DNA from: a virus
Virus record (IMG/VR): IMGVR_UViG_3300037156_000189
Location: 1-64,000 of that record
DNA length: 64,000 nt
Strand: one strand, 5' to 3'
Below, piece by piece: positions 1 through 8,878 of the stretch. Numbering within the stretch: the stretch's first letter is position 1; each line of letters opens with the position of its first letter. The position numbers and the translations under genes were made by a program. The notes beneath the pieces were generated by a model that ran no database searches, was not told where the DNA came from, and was given only the letters and a program-made list of their open reading frames with translations.

Positions 1-2
1 CC

Positions 3-3000
3 AATCAAGGTCAAATCTATATAGATAACCTGAATGGACAGATTTATTCCTGCAACGGGACTATCTGGCAAATAGCTTCCACCACCACCGTGCCAGCTTC
101 TCCTTCCTTTGCAATACAGTTTGCTAACTCGGGGGCTACACACTTTCAGGCGGACTCATCTATAACTGTGAATCCAACTACGCACACGTTCACAGCACCG
201 AATGTATCTGCAAGCAACGTTGCGGCTAGCATTGTCAACACGGTCTATTACTCAAACATGTACGCCTCTCTTTCGGCGGGTGTGTCTGCGGCTTGCAACG
301 GTACCGCGCCCGGCAAGCTGGTAGTTCCGGTCGGGACCACCCAAATATCCTCCACTCTGACGATCCCATCGAACTGCCACGTAACCGGCGCAGGCAAAGG
401 GCAGACCATTATCCAAGCGTCTTCCACGTTTCCCGGTGGCGAACTGATCGTCATTCCGACCGGGGCATCGAATGTCACGATTGACGATCTCGCTGCCGAT
501 GGCAACCGTTCGGTAAATTCAGCCGGTATTTGGTGCATCTCTTTGGATGGCGCTTCGGGTGTTGACTTGAAAGGCGTCACGGCTTCGAACTGCCTGAATC
601 AAGGTGTTCGGCTCATCGGCAACAATGCCCACGTGCACATCGAAGATTCGGAAATATTCAACAACGGCTCTGCGGCTGCTAGTTCTCAATCCGGGGGTGG
701 AATCTCCGTGCAGTACTATACGGGGCTTGGAACAGCCTCGGACGTGTTGATCTCGCACAATAAGATTCACGACAATAACACAGGTATCCTTGTCAGTGGC
801 AGTGGGGTGGTTGGACAGGATGTGAACGGAGTCACCATCTCGGAAAATCACATCTACAGTAATGCCAACGATGCCGTCAGCATAGGCGCATCTAATGTGG
901 CGGGCGGAAACATCAACGGGCTGGTGGTGACAGGGAACGAAATCAACTGCAATGGCTGGCCACCGTCCGGGGCGGGATTTTCTGTTTCCTGCACTCCCGG
1001 ATTTCAGCAGAACGGTGCAAGTCAATCGCAGGGCGGTGTAGGGGTGGACCTCATCCAGCAGGGACTCGGCACGATCAACCGGCCCATCGTGAGCTTAAAC
1101 AATATCCACGACAACGTGTTTGAAGGGATCGCCCCCACCACGAACATCACGCCTATTGTGAGTACGTCGGGAACTGCGGTTAGCTGGGTGTCTGGTCCAC
1201 ATTTCAATGTCAATCTCAAGGCTTATCAGCCAGTGATTATCAATGGAACCAATTACTTCTTATCGTCGGTAGGCAGCACAACATCGGCAACTCTGACAAC
1301 CTCCGCAGGAACGCAGACTTCGGTAACTTCCAATTTCCCTGGCTATATGGGGGGCACATTCACCGGCAATACCATCGTGAACAGCGGCAATGGCAACATG
1401 GGATTCGGGGGCGTTGGCCCCTGTATCTACAACGCCTTCTCCGATTCCAACGTCTTCACCGGCAATGTGGGGGTTGGCTGCTGGCTTGAGGGCTTCGAGG
1501 ACTTCTACTCCAGTTTCACAATCCACAACGGCGACAAAGCGTATAGCAACGGCGTAGGTGGAGCCGCACTTAGAACGAGTGGCTTCAACAACTTCTTTGG
1601 CCTTAGTAATTCCTATGCCGACATTGGCACGTGGGATGTGACAAGTTCTCCCTCGCAGACCGTTGGTTGGAAAAACAGTGGCACCAATGCCTCGATCACA
1701 TCGAATCAGATTTATGCAACGACGCCGATATCCGATTTAGGAACACTGACTACTTCCCTGATAAACGGCAACGTTGCGGCTAGCACTATGGTAACTACGC
1801 CAAAGGTAAACGGATACGTCTATGCTAGTCAATTTGCCACAAGCGGAACGGGGACTCCCAGCAGCCCTTGGACATCTGCAAGCGGCACAGGTGGTATACA
1901 GGAAGCCATCAATAGCCTGCCGGTTACGACGGGCAACGCGGCAGCCCGCACGGTATACATCTCATCCGGCTATTACCTCATCACCGCGAATATTTTGATT
2001 ACTACGCCAGTAACCCTCCGTGGTGCGGGGTGGGACAGCGTTTTATATGTCTCATCTTCACTAGGCTCTACGACGGACGTGATAAATGTCACCCCCACGT
2101 CTTCCGCAGAGATGAAGGGCATCACCCTTGAGGACTTCGCTATTATCCCTCAATCAGGAACGCCGGGGAGATATGGAATTAACTTTGACGGGTCGAACAA
2201 TGTAATTGTGGATGGCGTGATACGGCATGTGAGTGTCCACCCTCTCGGGAGCTATGCGTTTTATGCGTATTCCAGCGGCCCGAGCGCATGGTATGGCACC
2301 CCATCTCACTTCACGATTGAAGAGTCCAATCTTCTCGGCGGTATCTCGTGTACCACTTGCGGCGATAACGTTCTAATTAAGCATAATCTGCTGGGTCTAA
2401 ATGGTACCAACACCTTTGATTTTGTCGCGGGTGGGACCAGTTTTGTGTTTGAGAATAACCTCGTAACCAACTCCGGGGGAACATACTTTGGTGGGGCAAC
2501 TCAAGTAACATCCTTGCAAATCCAGAACAATGAGTTTGAGACAGAACCGGGGTTCACCGGGTCAAACAGTTCTGTTCTTGATTTAGATGGGCCGGTGTAC
2601 GCTGGTTCTGTCTCAGGAAACTCTTTTCAGGTTGTAAACGGCATCACTGCGAATGGGTTGCGCCTGAATAACACAGTGGGGGTTACGGTTGAACACAACA
2701 ACTTTATGCGCGGCGCAACGACATCCAGCGACATCCTTGCTACCTCTACCTCTGCCCACAACCACATCGGCGTGAACTATTGGGTCAACGGACCACCTTA
2801 TACCTCGATGTTCAACGATTCTGGATCAGGTAATGTGTTCTACCCCGATTACAGTGCCATAACTGGCTTTGCTGGACCTCTCTTAGGTAATAACACGGCA
2901 TTCAACGCTATTGATGGCTCCGGGGTTGTGCATCCGTTGTTAAAAGTTGATAGTTCAAGCATCGTGTATTACTACGGCAATGCTGGCGTTCGTACAGTAG

Positions 3001-3473
3001 AAAGCGTACCCGGCTTGAACTATTGGTTTAATGGCAGTGCCAACAGCCAAATCTTCATGGTGAGCGGGTTATATGCTGTCGGTACCCAGCCGTCGCAGGT
3101 CGCACAATCGGCATCTTACGCCGCCTTTTATAACATTGCACTGACACAGATGCTGATGTCCCGCACATTGCCGACAGTGGGCAGCGGGTTTGGGACGGGC
3201 GCATTCGTCGCTGCTGGCAACGGTACGGCGGTCTTTACCGTAAACGTGGGCACCGGAGGGACGGCCACAAGCGGAGTCATTTCATTACCCACGGCGGCAC
3301 AGGGGTGGGGTTGTACTTGTGCAGACACATCCACAACGTCAGCCACGGTTTTTATGACCAAGCAGACAGCCTCGTCAACCACCAGTTGCACGGTCGGTAA
3401 CTTCAATACGAGTGGTGTGGCGGCAGCGTGGGCGTCAACTGATTACCTCTCCTGCAAGGCGTTGGCATACTAG
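3..3473 (+). CDS. Tailspike/tail fibre with two parallel beta-helix (pectate-lyase-like) modules; 5'-truncated by the window edge
   Basis: The frame is open from base 3 (NQGQIYIDNLNGQIYSCNG...). It carries N/G/S/T-rich beta-helix repeats (ISHNKIHDNNTG, ISENHIYSNAND), two entry motifs (LVVPVGT...LTIPSNCHVTGAG and VYISSGYY...PVTLRGAG) and a fibre-type C-terminal domain. Confidence 0.8.
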   Translation, partial: NQGQIYIDNLNGQIYSCNGTIWQIASTTTVPASPSFAIQFANSGATHFQADSSITVNPTTHTFTAPNVSASNVAASIVNTVYYSNMYASLSAGVSAACNGTAPGKLVVPVGTTQISSTLTIPSNCHVTGAGKGQTIIQASSTFPGGELIVIPTGASNVTIDDLAADGNRSVNSAGIWCISLDGASGVDLKGVTASNCLNQGVRLIGNNAHVHIEDSEIFNNGSAAASSQSGGGISVQYYTGLGTASDVLISHNKIHDNNTGILVSGSGVVGQDVNGVTISENHIYSNANDAVSIGASNVAGGNINGLVVTGNEINCNGWPPSGAGFSVSCTPGFQQNGASQSQGGVGVDLIQQGLGTINRPIVSLNNIHDNVFEGIAPTTNITPIVSTSGTAVSWVSGPHFNVNLKAYQPVIINGTNYFLSSVGSTTSATLTTSAGTQTSVTSNFPGYMGGTFTGNTIVNSGNGNMGFGGVGPCIYNAFSDSNVFTGNVGVGCWLEGFEDFYSSFTIHNGDKAYSNGVGGAALRTSGFNNFFGLSNSYADIGTWDVTSSPSQTVGWKNSGTNASITSNQIYATTPISDLGTLTTSLINGNVAASTMVTTPKVNGYVYASQFATSGTGTPSSPWTSASGTGGIQEAINSLPVTTGNAAARTVYISSGYYLITANILITTPVTLRGAGWDSVLYVSSSLGSTTDVINVTPTSSAEMKGITLEDFAIIPQSGTPGRYGINFDGSNNVIVDGVIRHVSVHPLGSYAFYAYSSGPSAWYGTPSHFTIEESNLLGGISCTTCGDNVLIKHNLLGLNGTNTFDFVAGGTSFVFENNLVTNSGGTYFGGATQVTSLQIQNNEFETEPGFTGSNSSVLDLDGPVYAGSVSGNSFQVVNGITANGLRLNNTVGVTVEHNNFMRGATTSSDILATSTSAHNHIGVNYWVNGPPYTSMFNDSGSGNVFYPDYSAITGFAGPLLGNNTAFNAIDGSGVVHPLLKVDSSSIVYYYGNAGVRTVESVPGLNYWFNGSANSQIFMVSGLYAVGTQPSQVAQSASYAAFYNIALTQMLMSRTLPTVGSGFGTGAFVAAGNGTAVFTVNVGTGGTATSGVISLPTAAQGWGCTCADTSTTSATVFMTKQTASSTTSCTVGNFNTSGVAAAWASTDYLSCKALAY

Positions 3474-3512
3474 CAACGTGGTTGAGGGCGCAGCGGTACC
3501 CTGAGGAGCAAT

Positions 3513-4190
3513 ATGCAAACAACCTTCGATCAGATTCAAGCGATGCCGGGATGGGGTTTCCATCTTCCGAACGATGGCAGCAAGATCGGTGGAGTCCAGC
3601 CCACAACCTACGGCTTCGAGCAGGGGTTGCCGGAAGATGAGCAGGCGATGCTTATATTCGTGGGCGGCGTTGCCTACGCGACCTACGAGGTTTACAAGTC
3701 AATTCCTCTGCCGGTGAGCACGGTCAACCCCTCCATCGTGGGCGCAATTCTGAGTTTCGACCTAATGCCAGATGCGCGGGTTCCGCTGGGCAATGAGATC
3801 GTGGAGACTGACTTCCTGTACACTTCTTCGGCCGGCCTGACGCACAACTGCTCAGTGCAGCGCAACTTCGTCGAGAAGGAGATGATGCAGGTTTCCGACC
3901 AGACCGGCCACTGGCTCGATAGCGGTTTCACAGCACCGCCGTTGACTGCGGATGTTTGGCATACGCACAAGTTCTACTACAGTTTCGACCTGAACAAAGG
4001 GCGCTACGGTACTCAGGCGATGCAGATTGACGGCTCGCTCGGCATTGTGCCTTTTCAGTTGCAGGGCCTGACGCCGATTGCAAAAGGTTGGGCTCCGGGT
4101 ATGATGATTCAGTTGCAGACCACATTGAACTCGAAGCAAGGGGCATCCTCGATCAAGGTGCGGAATATGCGTTTGGTAATATCGCAATGA
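3513..4190 (+). CDS. Lectin/beta-jelly-roll-like protein, apparent paralogue of the C-terminus of 56474-57634
   Basis: SD GAGGAG; shared pattern ETD...HNCSVQ...W...WH...IDG...W...QLQ. Confidence 0.5.
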   Translation: MQTTFDQIQAMPGWGFHLPNDGSKIGGVQPTTYGFEQGLPEDEQAMLIFVGGVAYATYEVYKSIPLPVSTVNPSIVGAILSFDLMPDARVPLGNEIVETDFLYTSSAGLTHNCSVQRNFVEKEMMQVSDQTGHWLDSGFTAPPLTADVWHTHKFYYSFDLNKGRYGTQAMQIDGSLGIVPFQLQGLTPIAKGWAPGMMIQLQTTLNSKQGASSIKVRNMRLVISQ

Positions 4191-4348
4191 GGAATCCCGC
4201 GCTGGAACTGCTTGCCGACTTCGATAACTTGCACGACAGGATGCAAGATTTGCCACATCACGGCTTTACGCCGCTATGGATGCTGAAGCGGTTGGATGCT
4301 CTGATTGAACGTCTGGAAGAACTACAGAGAGGGCCTCAGTGCCGATGA
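4187..4348 (+). CDS. Hypothetical small protein (MRNPALELL...)
   Basis: ATGA overlap with the upstream stop. Confidence 0.45.
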   Translation: MRNPALELLADFDNLHDRMQDLPHHGFTPLWMLKRLDALIERLEELQRGPQCR

Positions 4349-4377
4349 AGGAAGATAAGCGAAGTAGAGGATAGTTC

Positions 4378-4611
4378 ATGGAAAAAATTATCTCAATTCG
4401 AGATACACCGCTCAAGAATTGCATCGGAGCGCGGATTCTAGACATAACCGGAGTCGATACCGAAGACTTCCTAGCAGGCGAAGACAATACAATCTACTTT
4501 CATCTCGACAATGGCGAAACTTTATATGCCACGATGGGTGTAGATGGTCAAAATCTTCTTGGTATGCTGAACATGGAAGCGCCTGAAGGTGAAGATGAAC
4601 AGTCCGTCTAA
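4378..4611 (+). CDS. Hypothetical acidic protein
   Basis: SD GAGGA, 77-aa ORF. Confidence 0.55.
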   Translation: MEKIISIRDTPLKNCIGARILDITGVDTEDFLAGEDNTIYFHLDNGETLYATMGVDGQNLLGMLNMEAPEGEDEQSV

Positions 4612-4755
4612 CAAGCCGAAACCCCCGAAGAAGCGTTTTACGCGCAAGCGTAACCAGCCGCTAGACCTGGTACCTGGGGAACCGCGAGAATTGACGCCGG
4701 AAGAGAACGCGAAGCTGGACAGAAAACTGCTCCAGTGGAAGAGGGAGCAGGGCCT

Positions 4756-5277
4756 ATGACGGATGCGAGTAACGGCACCAATATAGACCCGACTCAAAAT
4801 GTCAAAGAACTCGTCAATCTTCAAATGCGGCGGCAGGATGATCTCCGCGATGCGGAAGGGCGTAGGACCAACGATCTGCGGGAGGCTGAGTCAAGACGAG
4901 TGAACGAAGCTCTTGCGCTGACCTCATCTTATGAGGAAAAGCTCAGGCTGGCTGAAGCGAAGAGAATTGACGCCATCCGCGCCGTCGATGTGAATGCTGT
5001 TTCAATTGCTAACGAGCGGGCCGTCCAGCAGGCAGCGGTATTGCAGACTCAGGTTGCATCCTCGGCAGAGGCGCTGAGGGGACTGGTTGCTACCACCGCT
5101 TCGACCATTGCCCAGCAACTGCAGCAACTCACCACCCAGATTACCGAACGCCTTGCCGCTGTCGAGAAAGCGCAATACGAGGGGCAGGGGCGTGGCGGCG
5201 GGCTCAAAGACTTCTACGGGTGGCTTGTCGGGCTCGTAGGTCTAGGGCTCTATTTGTGGTCAAAGATGAGCAAGTGA
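4756..5277 (+). CDS. Coiled-coil protein with C-terminal transmembrane helix (lysis-region membrane protein)
   Basis: Heptad-like helix, C-terminal FYGWLVGLVGLGLYLWSK. Confidence 0.55.
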   Translation: MTDASNGTNIDPTQNVKELVNLQMRRQDDLRDAEGRRTNDLREAESRRVNEALALTSSYEEKLRLAEAKRIDAIRAVDVNAVSIANERAVQQAAVLQTQVASSAEALRGLVATTASTIAQQLQQLTTQITERLAAVEKAQYEGQGRGGGLKDFYGWLVGLVGLGLYLWSKMSK

Positions 5278-5351
5278 TGAAAAGGGGAACCGCCTAGTGC
5301 AGTAATAGCGAACCCGAAAGGGCGGCGGAGTAGTAGACCAAGGGGCTACCA

Positions 5352-5864
5352 GTGGCAACTAAACTATCTGAGGCTGAAATGAAACGTATCGCCGCAGAAG
5401 AGGTCAGAACGGAACTAGCACCCGTATTGGCAGCGCTTGCCAAGCTCAACTCTTGGAAGCTATCACTGTGGGCAAATGGCTCTGGCGGTCCCCCTGGATA
5501 TTTAGAAAAAGCGCGTCAGGAAGACGATGAGCGTTATGGGCGATTGTTGGCGATGGCCCAGGAATCAAGTGCGGCCCGAACCTGCATGAATAATTTTATG
5601 TCTCTCCATGAAGATCGAGAGAAGCGATGGGATGAAACCAAGTCGAAACTGTTCAAGATTGGATGGAAGGCGGCAGTCGGCTTATTTGCTGTCTTCATGG
5701 CCGTTATGGGATGGGCCTATCACGCAACTGCTCCGGTTCTGAAGATTCTTTGGGAAGACTATCTTCGCGCCCATCCGATTGCTGAGCAGAAGTTGAAAAC
5801 GCTCTCCTATAATCCAGAGTGTGTAGTTGTAGCGTCTGAAGCCGCACTTCCGAATATGAGGTAA
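5352..5864 (+). CDS. Membrane protein (one TM), lysis region
   Basis: TM segment AAVGLFAVFMAVMGWAY. Confidence 0.55.
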   Translation: MATKLSEAEMKRIAAEEVRTELAPVLAALAKLNSWKLSLWANGSGGPPGYLEKARQEDDERYGRLLAMAQESSAARTCMNNFMSLHEDREKRWDETKSKLFKIGWKAAVGLFAVFMAVMGWAYHATAPVLKILWEDYLRAHPIAEQKLKTLSYNPECVVVASEAALPNMR

Positions 5865-5867
5865 GAT

Positions 5868-6008
5868 ATGGGCACGAAACCAAATCAGCCGCTCCCGCCA
5901 GATCCGAATAACCCGAACCCAACTCCTCAACCTCAACCGCAACCGTGCAGCCAACCGCAGCGGTACGACCTTTTCGAGAAGGCGTACAATCCTTTACGTG
6001 TACCATAA
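5868..6008 (+). CDS. Pro/Gln-rich small protein (MGTKPNQPLPPDPNNPNPTPQPQPQP...)
   Basis: SD GAGGT, 46 aa, not in the ORF track. Confidence 0.4.
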   Translation: MGTKPNQPLPPDPNNPNPTPQPQPQPCSQPQRYDLFEKAYNPLRVP

Positions 6009-6016
6009 AACCGGCT

Positions 6017-6048
6017 TGGGGGTGCTTACAGGGCGCCCCCGATTTTTT
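6017..6048 (+). terminator. Intrinsic terminator
   Basis: GGGGGTGC/GCGCCCCC stem followed by a T run. Confidence 0.6.
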
Positions 6049-6059
6049 GAAAGGAAACC

Positions 6060-6359
6060 GTGAACTGGAAAGGCTGGATTTACTCGCTGATTTCCGCAGG
6101 AATCGGAGGCGCAGCTAGTGCCCTTGGCGGCGCTGTTGTGGCCCCATCGGTATTCAACTTCACGCCCACTGGCCTGCAAAAACTAGGGGAACTGGCGATT
6201 TTCGGATTCGCTGTTCCGGTACTCGCGTACCTAAAGACATCTCCGCTGCCGCCAGAATCGCAAGTTACGACCGTACAGAACGTGCAGACCAGCACAACGA
6301 CGGTCACCCCTGTTCCTATGCCAGCGCCGCCGTCTACAGCAAACACTTCCACAAAGTAA
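6060..6359 (+). CDS. Holin-like two-TM protein
   Basis: SD AAGGA; two hydrophobic segments, then YLKTSPLP and a hydrophilic tail. Confidence 0.5.
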   Translation: MNWKGWIYSLISAGIGGAASALGGAVVAPSVFNFTPTGLQKLGELAIFGFAVPVLAYLKTSPLPPESQVTTVQNVQTSTTTVTPVPMPAPPSTANTSTK

Positions 6360-6370
6360 AGGAGCCTCAC

Positions 6371-6892
6371 ATGTGTACCAACGCCACAAAGACCGCCGCT
6401 AGCCTCATGCTGGCAATCGAGCCAACTATCAAGAGCCTGCTTACTCTCACAGGCATCATCAACACGCCGCAAGGCATCGCGGCTATGGCTGCATACAACG
6501 CCGCACTGACCGCCCTACAGGGCTGGCAATCAGGAACCGCAGCACAGACTGTGCTCGAATTGATGGCCGCATTCCAGTCCGTCTTCAACACGCTTCCGAT
6601 TCCTGCCACGTATCAAGTGCTCGTGAACATCATCCTTGCGGGCATTGAAACCGTGATCGGCGTTCTGACCGCAAACAGCCCTGCGCCCGCCGCGCCCGTT
6701 GGCGTCAAAGCACACGCGGATACTCAGGCTATGCACGCTTCGTTCGTTGCAATGGATACCACGTCGAAGGTCGAAGCTCTGGTCCCCGGCTTCAAGCGCA
6801 GCATTTGGCACTCCCCGGAATCGCAGTACAACAAGGCGTGGGACAACGCAGTGACCACCGGCGGATTCGATTCGAGCCTGAAAGTAGCGTAA
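6371..6892 (+). CDS. Hypothetical amphipathic helical protein, last gene of the + operon
   Basis: SD AAGGAG, 173 aa. Confidence 0.6.
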   Translation: MCTNATKTAASLMLAIEPTIKSLLTLTGIINTPQGIAAMAAYNAALTALQGWQSGTAAQTVLELMAAFQSVFNTLPIPATYQVLVNIILAGIETVIGVLTANSPAPAAPVGVKAHADTQAMHASFVAMDTTSKVEALVPGFKRSIWHSPESQYNKAWDNAVTTGGFDSSLKVA

Positions 6893-6914
6893 GATTCAGA
6901 CAGACAACATCGGT

Positions 6915-6945
6915 TTGGGGCGGCTTTCGAGTCGCCCCTATTTTT
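6915..6945. terminator. Terminator at the convergence of the + late and - replication arms
   Basis: GGGGCGGC-TTTCGA-GTCGCCCC hairpin followed by TATTTTT. Confidence 0.7.
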
Positions 6946-7083
6946 GCGCCCTCTTCCCGCACTTCACGCATGTGCAAGCCTTCATGGTGCAGCGGTTGCA
7001 TTCGCCGGCCTTACAGCGGTAGCAGATGCGCGGAGCCCGCAGTTCGCGGTGGATTGGCAGCTTGATGCAGCGGGAGGGTGTGC

Positions 7084-7278
7084 TCATGCCAAATCACCCT
7101 TTGTTGGATCATCGTTCGGCCCTTTGCATGGGCGCATCAGTTGTGCATAAACCTCGTCAGAAGACAGCGTGTTACCTTCCTCGGGAGGCTTGCTCACGAT
7201 CTTAGCTACGGCCGCGTTCTGCGTCACTTGCAGCCAAAGGTTGTTCAGATCCAATGGTGGTCTTGGTTCGTTGCTCAT
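7084..7278 (-). CDS. Hypothetical small protein (MSNEPRPPLD...)
   Basis: ATGA coupling to the upstream gene. Confidence 0.45.
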   Translation of the reverse strand: MSNEPRPPLDLNNLWLQVTQNAAVAKIVSKPPEEGNTLSSDEVYAQLMRPCKGPNDDPTKGDLA

Positions 7279-7697
7279 GGCTGCTCCTGCGGTAGCGCAT
7301 CCTCGTCGTATTCCGTTTGCGCTTTGCGATCGGCCTCTTCCTCTTCTGGCGTGATTTGTTTCCGGCACTCGACGCAGAGAGTCTCGTCGCTGTAGTACCC
7401 GGAATCGCACTCGACGCAAATCTCCTTGCCGCAATCAACGCATGTGGAGTCAATGGCATTCTCTTTGCAGAGATCACATATCCTATCGCTCACTGAGCCT
7501 TCCAGCCGCTCGCACTTCGCCACCAGTGCCCTCACAGCATCTGCAATGCTTCCAGAGTGCGTCTGCGGTCCCAGTGCCTCAGTAATCTGCGCCATATCTT
7601 CAGAGGCATCGCGGAGCAGGTTGTTGGTGCTCTCTACCTGCGCTTCAAGGTCACGAATTATGGTCATTGCAGTTTCAAAATCAGGAATTGCTCCCAT
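7275..7697 (-). CDS. Coiled-coil protein with C-terminal Zn-finger (three CxxC-type pairs plus CVEC)
   Basis: SD AAGGAGG; CDLC, CVDC, CVEC motifs. Confidence 0.6.
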   Translation of the reverse strand: MGAIPDFETAMTIIRDLEAQVESTNNLLRDASEDMAQITEALGPQTHSGSIADAVRALVAKCERLEGSVSDRICDLCKENAIDSTCVDCGKEICVECDSGYYSDETLCVECRKQITPEEEEADRKAQTEYDEDALPQEQP

Positions 7698-8002
7698 TAC
7701 CTATCCTCCTTGGCGCGGTCTGTATGTTCTCAGCAGCGCGGCCCTCGTACAGTGCAGGCCATTGCGGTTGATTGGGCCACGCGTCAGCGCAAGCAATCTT
7801 CAATGCTTCTTTCAGCACCACAACCTGAGCCTCAGCTACGGCGAAGTCCTCTTTCAGACAGCGGATCGTTTCCTTGCTCATGCTCCAGTCAAGACGGGCA
7901 AGGTCGTCTGCCGCTACCTGCGCTTCAAGGTCACGAATTATGGTCATTGCAGTTTCAAAATCAGGAATTGCTCCCATTACTATCCTCCTTTGGCGCGGTC
8001 TG
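7634..8002. repeat. Direct repeat of about 89 bp (7634-7722 and 7914-8002; 67-bp identical core, 280-bp period)
   Basis: CTACCTGCGCTTCAAGG...CTCCCATTAC is present twice. Confidence 0.95.
7681..7977 (-). CDS. Hypothetical protein sharing its first 21 aa with 7275-7697
   Basis: SD AAGGAGG; MGAIPDFETAMTIIRDLEAQV. Confidence 0.55.
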   Translation of the reverse strand: MGAIPDFETAMTIIRDLEAQVAADDLARLDWSMSKETIRCLKEDFAVAEAQVVVLKEALKIACADAWPNQPQWPALYEGRAAENIQTAPRRIGNGSNS

Positions 8003-8128
8003 GGATTCAATAGCGCGCGCGATGCGGTTGAGTGTGTTTATCGTAAAAACAAAACCTATACTGACAGCTAACAACAAAAGTAAGAGTTCAGGGATTAAAT
8101 CACGGACGGCTGACTCTAGCTCATTCAC
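7961..8128 (-). CDS. Small single-TM protein (MNELESAVRDLIPELLLLLLAVSIGFVF...)
   Basis: SD AAGGAGG, GTG start, 55 aa. Confidence 0.5.
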   Translation of the reverse strand: MNELESAVRDLIPELLLLLLAVSIGFVFTINTLNRIARAIESQTAPKEDSNGSNS

Positions 8129-8215
8129 GTTCCGCCTCCTTTGGCGCGATCTGGGCGATGGCAGTCGGCTCCATCGCTTCCACGAACGCAGTCCATGCCG
8201 CTCTGTCTCGGTCGC

Positions 8216-8458
8216 TCATTGCGCCTCCGGGGGTGCGGGAAAGGGTTGCCAGTGGGTAATGCTATCCCACAGTTGCCATTCAGAACTCATCGTTGAGGAA
8301 GCCCGCCACGCATAGGTCCGCTTTTCGTTCCACCAGTCGATGCTCTTCAAATAGAACTCGGCGGGTATTACATACCGTCCATCTGACACAAGGACGCGAA
8401 CTATGCCGCCGACTGCTACCTCTGGCAACCGCTCGCTGACGCTGATCCATTCGCTCAC
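8216..8458 (-). CDS. DUF551-family phage protein
   Basis: WISVSERLP...ITHWQPFP signature. Confidence 0.8.
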   Translation of the reverse strand: MSEWISVSERLPEVAVGGIVRVLVSDGRYVIPAEFYLKSIDWWNEKRTYAWRASSTMSSEWQLWDSITHWQPFPAPPEAQ

Positions 8459-8664
8459 TGCCTCACCACCCAATCTACGGTTACCTTGCCGCCGAACCTC
8501 ATCCCGTCGCGTGAGTCGATCACTAGCGCCCGGTTGGGGATGATGCGGTCAATCATCGGGCGCACTGCCTGGATGCTTGCCGATCCGCAATCACAGCGGA
8601 CAGAGTTAGCCCCGACGCAGTTGCAATCCGAGCATAAATACGCCGATCCGAGTGGAATGCTCAT
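8455..8664 (-). CDS. Small Zn-ribbon protein
   Basis: CSDC...CDCGS. Confidence 0.45.
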   Translation of the reverse strand: MSIPLGSAYLCSDCNCVGANSVRCDCGSASIQAVRPMIDRIIPNRALVIDSRDGMRFGGKVTVDWVVRQ

Positions 8665-8674
8665 AACCTCACAT

Positions 8675-8878
8675 CTAGCCCTTCGGTCTGACAAATTCCG
8701 TAACCACGCGCCGGTCGCGTTCATACTGCGTCACGTCCAGCTCCCGGTACATCACCCGCCGGTTGAGCTTGATATAAGGGCAACCCTTTCCCTGGCTCCT
8801 CAGATTGGCCAGATAGCTGCAGGAGGTTGACCATCTCGCTGCAAGATGCTCCGGTGTGATGAGCTTTATTCCGGCCAT
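8675..8878 (-). CDS. Excisionase-like / AlpA-type HTH DNA-binding protein
   Basis: LITPEHLAARW...LANLRSQGKGCPYIKLNRRVMYRELDV. Confidence 0.75.
   Translation of the reverse strand: MAGIKLITPEHLAARWSTSCSYLANLRSQGKGCPYIKLNRRVMYRELDVTQYERDRRVVTEFVRPKG

Noticed and set aside
7634-8002. DGR template/variable repeat pair
   Set aside because: The core is identical with no adenine-specific mismatches, and no reverse transcriptase is present
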